64,000 bases of DNA from Tubiluchus corallicola (lineage: Eukaryota > Animalia > Priapulida), in assembly GCA_030141605.1 (NCBI GenBank), contig JAQGDQ010000912.1, positions 1 through 64,000 of the forward strand, in the 5' to 3' direction. Every line of letters begins with the position of its first letter. Positions within the stretch are counted from its first letter, which is position 1. Made by a program: the position numbers and the translations under genes. This document shows, piece by piece, positions 55,501-64,000 of the stretch. The notes below the pieces were generated by a model. That model did no database searches. It worked only from the letters and a program-made list of their open reading frames with translations, and was not told where the DNA came from.

Positions 55501-58426
55501 ACTCCTAATGAAAATAAAAAAAATTCTCAAACCATTTCGTAAAATCGTGGATCTAACTGGCCATTTTTATTGGACCAAAAATTTGATTTGATGAGTAAGC
55601 AGCAGACGTTGCTCTACAATGCTCTAAACACTTCACAGAACATTTCAGAAGTTGTTTGCCTTGATTCTTGGCCAGTAACTGTAAGTATGGTAAATCATGG
55701 CATACAACCAACCTTTTTTTGTCTCAGCTTTATTAGAAAAGCTATTGACGTTGGTTTACTTTCACGTCCTTCTTAAAATCATAATCATTGCATTTTACTA
55801 TGTGCATAGATGTGCTAAGAATGCATTATGCATTGATTTTGAATGCGCATGAGTACTGTAATAAGCCTTTTCTCAGGTGTGCATGCACAGTTGCTGTACG
55901 TCAAAGGTTAAGTGTACCTCAGCAATGCATCTTAACTACAAATGCCACGTGACGTGTGGGTAAAGCAAAGCCATCTGCGGCATCAATTCAGGAACTTCAG
56001 TTGTTTTACGCAGACTTTACTTAATTATGCATTAGTCTGTGCGAAGAGTGCTTTACTAGCAGGATCTTGCTTGGCAACAGGAAAAAATGAACTAGGCAAT
56101 TTTCTAGCTAGTTGTTAAAAACTGTTACTATTACAATAGCATAGGCTGCGAGGCGTTGTCAAGGGTACACAAATGCATTGTCTGGTTCACTTAACCTTTG
56201 AACTCTTCACGATGATTATCATTCGCTGGAACTGTGAAAAGGCTTAATAGTGCTACATAAAATGCTAGCACGCTCTACTTTATCCAGCTAATGATAACAT
56301 TAAGACTTTTTATCTATTTTTTAGTCTAGTCTTCTCTGGACTTTTTTACTTTAAAGAACCATCCCTTTAAGAAAGCTGTTGTCACAATGACAAGTGTATA
56401 ATCATGACTCTCACTAATGTTCGTTAATGGGAGCCAAATTTCAAAAATACACAAATCCTAACAAAATGGATTTGAAATTACTTGCCCTGTTACGTTAAAA
56501 AATATACCCATAGTTTATCTTATCTGTGAGCTTTTGTTAAGTTAAGTCACTGTGACTTATGAATTTGATAAAAATGAACACAGTTTAGGTCAAAGGTCAA
56601 CTTGAATGAATTTTGTGTCTACTCATAATTTTTTGACTTGAAATATTCAATTGAACAATTTTTGAAAAGCAATTAAACCTAAAACTTCACATTTTATAAA
56701 AATTAAGGATTCGATCATCTTTGCCCCCATTACTCCCTTTACCCTCTACAAAAATTGTTGACATTTTGCAGAGTGTTACCCAAGCTAGATTTGTTCAGTG
56801 TACCTCAAACAATTCAAATCAGTTTTGCAGAGGGTTACTCAAGCTAGCTTTTGTTCAGCATACCTCAAACAATTCAAATCAGTTTTGCAGAAGTTACCCA
56901 AGCTAGATTTGTTCAGCATACCTCAGACAATTCAAATCAGTTTTGCAGAGGGTTTACCCAAGATAGATTTGTTCAGCATACCTCAAACAATTCAAATCAG
57001 TTTTGCAGAGGGTTACCCAAGCTAGATTTGTTTGGCATACCTCAAACAATTCAAATCAGTTTTGCAGAGGGTTACCCAAGCTTGATTTGTTCAGCATGCC
57101 TCAAACAATTCAAATCAGTTTTGCAGAGGGTTACCCAAGCTAGATTTGTTCAGTAAACCTCAAACAATTCAAATCAGTTTTGCAGAAGTTACCCACGCTA
57201 GATTTGTTCAGCATACCTCAAACAATTCAAATCAGTTTTGCAGAGGGTTACCCAAGCTAGATTTGTTCAGTAAACCTCAAACAATTCAAATCAGTTTTGC
57301 AGAGGGTTACCCACGCTAGATTTGTTTGGCATGCCTCAAACAATTCAAATCAGTTTTGCAGAGGGTTACCCAAGCTAGATTTGTTCAGTAAACCTCAAAC
57401 AATTCAAATCAGTTTTGCAGAGGGTTACCCACGCTAGATTTGTTTGGCATGCCTCAAACAATTCAAATCAGTTTTGCAGAGGGTTACCCAAGCTAGATTT
57501 GTTCAGTAAACCTCAAACAATTCAAATCAGTTTTGCAGAGGGTTACCCACGCTAGATTTGTTTGGCATGCCTCAAACAATTCAAATCAGTTTTGCAGAGG
57601 GTTACCCAAGCTAGATTTGTTCAGTAAACCTCAAACAATTCAAATCAGTTTTGCAGAGGGTTACCCACGCTAGATTTGTTTGGCATGCCTCAAACAATTC
57701 AAATCAGTTTTGCAGAGGGTTACCCAAGCTAGATTTGTTCAGTAAACCTCAAACAATTCAAATCAGTTTTGCAGAGGGTTACCCACGCTAGATTTGTTTG
57801 GCATGCCTCAAACAATTCAAATCAGTTTTGCAGAGGGTTACCCAAGCTAGATTTGTTCAGTAAACCTCAAACAATTCAAATCAGTTTTGCAGAGGGTTAC
57901 CCAAGTTTGATTTGTTCAGTAAACCTCAAACAATGCAAAACCTTTTAGTCATGAGACGTTAAAACTATTCTTCTACCATTCGTAACATTGACATTTTCTG
58001 GCATTGTGCAGTTTTGCCCTGATGGATACGAAGCGCATCTGGGATTCTGCTACAAATTTCACGGGACACCTGAGATCCACTTAGATGCTCATGATATATG
58101 CGCCTCCGAAGGTGGAACACTGGCTAAGATTGACACTGATTGCAAGTGGGACTCTCTCTCAAAGTTGATTCGTCCGGAGCCTGAATCAGAAAGGTACATT
58201 AATATCTGTAACAAGATATCTTGCTTACAAGTAGGTGAGGATGTATTCATCTTTTGCTGAAAACAAGGGAGAAAAACGAAGAAGGAAAGGAAAGAGACAC
58301 AGAAAGGAGAGTGTAAATGCAAGGGGAAGAGGAAAAAAGTGCAAGTGTGACAGAGAAGAGAGAGTGGTAGAGAGAGAGAGACACAGAGAGAAAGAGAGAG
58401 AGACAGCGAGAGAGAGAGAGAGGTAT

Positions 58427-58491
<65 letters not shown>

Positions 58492-61400
58492 GAGAGAGAG
58501 AGAGGAGACACAGAGAGAGAGAGAGAGAGAGAGAGAGTACAATACTTGTTGTTTTTCATTTTCTGCGTTATATATTCCATTTGTAATTAGAGATTGTGTT
58601 TTAAATCTAAATAACTGGTATTTAATGATCTTTTGTGATATTTTCCATTTCTTTCTTTCTTCATAAGATATTATGTCTTGCCCATTTGTGCATTGCTAAT
58701 ACATGTCTAATAATCATGTGTGTCACAGTAAAAATTTGTTATGGTTTTCTATTGTGTTTATATTGCCGAACATGAAATTTTCATATTTAAATTTAGTTTG
58801 TAAGTTGAATTGTCCAACGATTGTCTAGGATAGATTCAGACTTTCAGACTAACTTTAAAATAACTAAAATGTTTGAAAAATAAACTGAAGTCTGTTATTT
58901 GATATGTTACAGTATTGTGGACAATGTCTGGATTGGACTTACCTATGAAGGACAGGATTGGGAGTGGGAAGATGGGGCACAGTTGCAGGAATTTGATAAA
59001 TGGGCTGAAAATGAACCACAGGGTAAATTTACTCTGCATATAATTTTTTCTTTAATTTTATTTATTTATTTATTATGTTGTTAAAGGAAGACAGGATGAT
59101 TTTTCACACAATCCCATTTTCAAGTCAATAAAAATTATAGATTTTAACTCAATTAATACTGCAAAGTTGTTTCTGATAAAATTAAATAATAGATTAAAAT
59201 CTTAATTAACAGCGGGCGAGCCCAAAACTATTGACGACCTCACAAACTAACATAATTTTCAACAGAAAAAATATTCCACGAGCGTGTTGCACGTGTTTGA
59301 GAAAGAGGAAATTGAAGTACAGTGCTGCTGTAAGAGATTCAGTGAGTTGTACTAAAACTAGGCAAGTTTTAAGATAAAAAATAAAGTTTCAAATTTACGG
59401 CTGCACTCACGCATGAGCTGTCGAATGTGTGTAGTTCGTCTCAAACTAACACATGTGAAACGAGAGGTACAGCACTTGTTTTTTGTGCAATGCATTTCGG
59501 AAATGCAGGCGCTAGTGCCCGTCTAACTAACGAATGGCGAATTGCATGTACCAGCGAAGAACTAGTAGCGCGAACGTGAAATTTTGTTTGTGTGGTAATA
59601 ATTCTTTCACGTAAGTCACTTTTGAAAAAATAGCATGTTTCCTTTCAATATTTTAAAGAGTAGATTGCTTTGACCTACAGTTTAAGATTGGGTCCGGTTT
59701 TGCTTTAAATAATTCAGCATTGAGTGTTATTAGATCAGTATATTTAGTAGACTCAGCCAGGCAGGACTAATGAGAGGATTTTTAGGGGGCCTGGGTAAGA
59801 CAAATTTTGGGCCGCCACTCTCTCCTGTGCAAGGTTATGAAGACTATAATATACAAAAATGTTCAATAATCATTATTTGTTAGTAACTGGAATAGGTTTA
59901 TTCACAGTGAACCATAATACGTTTCATTTTCTGCTAACTGAGATTGACCGATTGGTAGAAAACCTATGGACGAGCTTTGACCGTACAAAACTGACGTTAG
60001 GATTACAAAATTGGAAATTATCGTGTGGCGGGACCAGCACAAAAATTGTTAGACACAACATGCATAAATCAAGTTAAAGCTTCGTATGTTTTACAATACC
60101 AGCTGTCTAGTGTTTAGCATATGAAGCAAATGTAGGTGATAAAAATATTGTCCAACTATGCAAAATTTAGCATTTCTAAGTTCTAACTTACCATTGCATA
60201 GCTAGAGTAGGGCATGTGATTCTGATACACACAAATACTGGTCATTCTAACGTACAAAATTTAATATTCATGGCCCGGGTGCAAAACTAATCTGCCCCTC
60301 GTGTGTGATTAAACAGTTCTGGGAGGTTTCCAGGTGCAGCTTGGTTTTGATCTGTCCCGAATCTTCGTAGTAGGCACGAAATGTAAATGTCATACTTGTC
60401 AGTTTTGTGGGTAATTACAATGATGAGGTTAAAAGTTTATAAACAACAATGGAAAGGTGAATTATCTGTGTAGTCACAAGCTGTGGTTGCTGCATAGTTA
60501 AGCAAAGCTGTGTCTGCTTAGCAAATGCAAATAAAAATTCTCTTTCTTGGCTGTTTCACCTGCCTCCGTCCCCAGCTTTTGTCTCAGTGGTAGACAGCTA
60601 AATTCAGTAGAAACAAGGAGGTACCCATCTATTTACCGATCAGCCATCATGTTGCTTAACTTTGGTTGCAAATCACACCCATGCCATATTTAGTCACTCG
60701 TGCTCAGCAGCTTGTTAAATGATAATGTTTGGCGCCTACACAGTGTTGTGAAAGACATCAATTAAACAATTATACTTCTGAAATGTGAATAGGCGTGAAG
60801 CGTGCGATGATCAGCATTCATTGTGCGGCCAGTAATCATTCTAATCTGGAACTGTCTACTGTGATATTAATTGATTGATTGATTGACTGATTGATTGACT
60901 GATTGATTGATTGATTGTGATATTAATAAATAAATGTTGAACATTTTTCTAGAGAGCAGTAATGAGGAACATGCTTGCATAGAACTCAGCAAAACTGCTG
61001 ATTCAGCATACTATTGGAAAAAAGAAGAGTGCGGTAACAACAAAACAGTTGTATGTGAGTACGCTGCAGCTGAATCTGGTATGTACTATAAATTTACATT
61101 CTGTTTACTGTCTAAGTTCTAATCAAACTTTTTCGTAAATTTCAGGAAAAGTGGTCCTGTGTAGCAGGTTAGGGTTAGATTTTTAGTGTCGTAAGCGTCT
61201 TGGAGATCTACCCAATAATCACCCAAACAAATTTCACCAATCTGTGATAAACAAGATAGTGAGCAAAACCTTTCAGGAAACTGGCTTGTGTCTTTTAATC
61301 AGACATTTTGTATTTATTGCTACTCTAATTTGTATCTAATTACAATTGTAATTGTAGTTTATTGTCCACTTCAGCATAATTGCAATTCAGATTATAACTG

Positions 61401-62615
61401 TCATACATGAAACCAATTGTAGTTACAATAATTGTAAAAGAACTATATTACTATAGTTACAAAACTACATAACAATTTATCAACAGGAAATATATGCTGC
61501 ATGGTGGTCAAGGATCAAGTCTTGTAAGATCATCATGAAAAGTGGAGAAAAAACTGCTTAATTAACAAGAGAAAGAATCATAGAAAAACAGAGAATAGTA
61601 AAGATAAAATAATAGAATAAGATAGAGAAAGAGAGAAGAGAAATGAAATAGAAAGGAGTTCAGCGGAGATACGTGATGCAAAAGTATGAAAATATCAACT
61701 GTAAAGTAACCAGTCGTGGGATGTACTGTAACTATGGAACTTCATGGCATAACCAGAGAATGCTTTATAAGTAGGTTTTGATAGTGTAGTTTCGTGCTTT
61801 TGTCTATGTAAATTTATTATCAATGTCTTAAGATGTATTTCATTGTGCTTTTACTCGTTAATTGTAGGTATTATTTTTTATTTGTATTTTTATATATTAT
61901 TTTATTTTGCTTATAGTAAAACAGTACAGCAGCACAGAGCGGCAGCAGTAAATTATTAAGCAGTACCGAGATGCTGCGTAGCGCTGTGTAAGGCTGTAAA
62001 AATAATTTATTGTTGTTGTCGTCGTCGTCCCCGTTGCTGTTGATGTTTTTACGATCATCATCATCATCATATCCATCATCATCATCATCATCATCATTTA
62101 TCATCATCACCATCACCACCACCATCAGCACCACAATCACCACCACCATCACCACCACCATCACCATCATCACCACCATCATCACCACCGTCATCACCAC
62201 CACCATAACCACCACCATCACCTCCAACATCACCACGACCATCACCACCGTCATCATCATCATTGACCCACCTAAAATCTGTTCCCCTTCAGGCAATAAT
62301 AACTAAACAAAAATTGTTTGTCCAACTGCTTGTCCTTTTCTTTATACTAGACCGTCCCAAACAAGTTCAATGCTAATTTCACTTACTTGTTTCTTTCAAT
62401 ATTTTAGCACTCAGCCTTGAATGTCCTAGTGACTGGAGTTCACAACTAGGACTTTGTCTCAAAGTCTTGAACTTCAACGATGGTAAAACATTTTATCAAG
62501 CAGAAAGGAAATGTCACGAAAACGCTGATGGACGCCTTAGTCACCTTGCAAAAGTTGATTCTCATGGAAAACTTACTGTAATTGTGGAGAATCTATTGAA
62601 CCGTGATTCACATGA
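49415..62615 (+). CDS. Gene B (spliced, 9 exons seen; first exon unresolved, 3' end not found): pentraxin + multi-CTLD protein, paralog of gene A
   Basis: All nine exons phase-compatible; CRP-like GQDQDSVGGDF..QSFMGEI; exon homology to gene A. Confidence 0.9.
49541..49650. repeat. 22-bp tandem repeat x5 starting inside the splice donor
   Basis: Unit taaataaatgtgaagatcactt. Confidence 0.95.
49697..50046. mobile_element. Truncated inverted copy of the 55864-56244 MITE
   Basis: Starts ta/agccttttcacag; colinear reverse-complement similarity. Confidence 0.78.
50936..51060 (+). CDS. Gene B pentraxin exon (WVLTY..GALVSYAVEGTDNAILLF)
   Basis: CRP-like SYA...DN.IL; phase 0-2. Confidence 0.92.
51438..51559 (+). 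CDS. Gene B pentraxin signature exon (DGSFHHLCVTY..YALYVDG)
   Basis: HxCxT motif, phase 2-1. Confidence 0.93.
51681..51909. mobile_element. Penelope-like inverted repeat with degenerate hammerhead-ribozyme cores
   Basis: Arms of about 95 bp (51681-51775 and 51815-51909); each has c(t/c)gatga-stem-(g/a)aaacgttt. Confidence 0.6.
52014..52160 (+). CDS. Gene B pentraxin Ca-loop exon (GGSLIIGQDQDSVGGDFVSGQSFMGEITDV)
   Basis: Canonical pentraxin GQ(E/D)QD motif, phase 1-1. Confidence 0.95.
52974..53132. repeat. Pentanucleotide microsatellite CTTTA > CTCTA > CTCCA
   Basis: Directly visible. Confidence 0.95.
53635..54610. repeat. Degenerate pentamer-based satellite with a higher-order unit of about 35 bp
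   Basis: cagccctgttctaccctgtcctatcatgctc(a/t)gtc recurs. Confidence 0.92.
54736..54908 (+). CDS. Gene B pentraxin C-terminus and linker exon
   Basis: TCHSGYKGNLISW, 173 nt, phase 1-0. Confidence 0.92.
55068..55353. mobile_element. pogo/Tigger-like MITE
   Basis: TA/CAGTAAGTCCTCGCTTAACGA ... TCGTTAAGCGGGGAGTTACTA/TA. Confidence 0.8.
55864..56244. mobile_element. MITE with TIR AGCCTTTTC(T/A)CAG, TA flanks
   Basis: Terminal inverted repeats; second copy at 49697. Confidence 0.78.
56765..57935. repeat. 59-bp minisatellite, about 20 copies, with a 118-bp dimeric higher-order repeat in the right half
   Basis: Unit ttttgcagagggttacccaagctagatttgttcagtaaacctcaaacaattcaaatcag; two variants alternate from about 57240. 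Confidence 0.97.
58012..58193 (+). CDS. Gene B CTLD1 N-part (FCPDGY..GFCYKFH..ICASEGGTLAKID)
   Basis: CTLD motif, phase 0-2. Confidence 0.92.
58350..58537. repeat. (AG)n microsatellite
   Basis: Directly visible. Confidence 0.97.
58913..59022 (+). CDS. Gene B CTLD1 middle (VWIGL..WEWEDG..FDKWAENEPQ)
   Basis: WIGL and EPx motifs, phase 2-1. Confidence 0.93.
60620..60670 (-). pseudogene. Highly degenerate 5S rRNA-derived fragment
   Basis: Minus strand ccaaagttaagcaacatgatggctgatcggtaaatagatgggt resembles 5S CCGAAGTTAAGCAACG...GTACTTGGATGGGT. Confidence 0.5.
60953..61078 (+). CDS. Gene B CTLD1 C-part (HACIEL..YYWKKEECGNNKTVVCEY)
   Basis: Cys pattern and VCE, phase 1-1. Confidence 0.9.
62053..62262. 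repeat. (CAT)n/(CAC)n microsatellite
   Basis: Directly visible. Confidence 0.95.
62408..62615 (+). CDS. Gene B CTLD2 N-part (CPSDW..LCLKV..TFYQAERKCH..HLAKVD)
   Basis: 208 nt, GTGAGT donor, homologous to 20933-21140. Confidence 0.92.
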
Positions 62616-64000
62616 GTGAGTTGCAGAAACTATTAGTTTGAATAGGCCTTTATTACCACATTAAGGTAACGCTTGTTGTCATCCAGGTGTATTTTCACAG
62701 AATGTGACATCAGTAAGCACTGGCAGTGAGCTTTACTCTGAACACACTTGAATGTTATCATGCTATTGAATGTACACGTATTTAAAGATTGGAAAATATT
62801 AACAGCGTTTTTGTGTTTCTTGAAATTCTGAACAGTTTCACAGCTGGTTTTATCACTTGGGCAGCAACCATGTACATGTTGTATATAATAACTGGTGGTA
62901 ATTTCTTTACAGTTATTAATAAAACTGTATGTAAGTATCAAACTTTCAGCCTGTGAAAAATCTGTTGCAAGTAAACAAATTTATAAAACAATTATTGATT
63001 CATGCACGCAAATTCATAGTGGGAGTACTGGCTGTCAATTCAATAGCCAGCGCAGGGCAGACTCGCGTCCCTGGACAATTCTCATAACAGCTTTGCACAT
63101 TTAAACAGTTGTCGAATTTGGAAAGTTAGGATGATTTCAATAATTTTCCCAAAATCTTATGCAGAAAAAATACTGCAGTTTTTATGTTGAACAGTTTTAG
63201 ATACAAGCTATGACTTGGAAACTAGAAGGCTTTGAAATGATAATTCTTTGAAAATTCTACTGACTTTTTGTATCACCGTGTTAATTGCACAACTAAATAA
63301 AAAAATTAAGCATTTTATTTATAGTGCCACAAAGAAAATTCAATTCACCTTCAGAAGATATATAGTTTTGCAATTAGGCCTTTAATGGGTATTTTTGCAT
63401 AGGATGTCAAAACTACACTATTATACGTCGTCATGAAGGAATTCAATGACTATTTCTTCATTAAGTTACGTGAAGCGGTGTTAACTGAAACTTATAAACT
63501 CTTATTTTATCATTTTAGTGTAGTTTATAGTTACTCAACTAAAATAATATGATGAGTCCATGTAATTAAAGCAAAGAACAAGTCACTCAGTATGTTGGGT
63601 TTATTTACTGTTATCTCTTAATCTTAGAAAAATATAGCAAAGAAATTCGCAAAAAATCTCTATCTAGTAATTAGCTATCTAATTTTTTTTGTAAAAACTT
63701 ATTATATCTTTGACGGATATTGACAGTGCGCTAATTTTCTTCAGGACGAATGACGTCATTGGAAGAAGAATAGGCATTGAAAATGGGGTCGTCCAAGCAT
63801 GAAGTGATCACGACATTAAACTGATTTTACTAATTACGCGAGGCGGTTATCACACTTTTATTACGAAATCCTTCTAACATTTTTCGCAGCCATTGAAATA
63901 AGCTTAAGTTTGCAGAAGGATTGACTTTTCCTTTAAAGAGCAGTGAATGCAAGTGAAATGCACGCATTTTAGCTTTATCTTAATAATAGTAAATTATACT

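Noticed and set aside
59081-60300. Possible TTAA-flanked and hAT-like element remnants
   Set aside because: Could not define matching TIR pairs or TSDs.
63745-63830. Candidate next exon of gene B
   Set aside because: The required phase reaches TGA with no WIGL motif or donor.

Overview
AT-rich, intron-rich invertebrate (animal) genomic DNA; not prokaryotic, and most ORFs in the supplied track are repeat read-through. Assembling exons by hand from GT-AG sites and intron phases gives two divergently transcribed paralogous genes encoding an N-terminal pentraxin domain followed by tandem C-type lectin domains (CTLDs). Gene A is on the minus strand: ATG at 42455, 22 exons down to 1293, about 1070 aa, no stop found so probably continuing left. 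Gene B is on the plus strand: 9 exons at 49415-62615, first exon unresolved, probably continuing right. The main observation is that gene A has a compact two-exon CTLD inserted inside its pentraxin domain and has lost the pentraxin Ca2+-binding residues, while gene B keeps an uninterrupted CRP-like pentraxin. Introns hold many unrelated minisatellites, several MITE families (hAT, piggyBac-like, Tc1/mariner), LINE fragments, 5S- and tRNA-derived SINE-like elements, and a Penelope-like palindrome with degenerate hammerhead cores. One satellite has G/T-only patches that look like a sequencing artefact.
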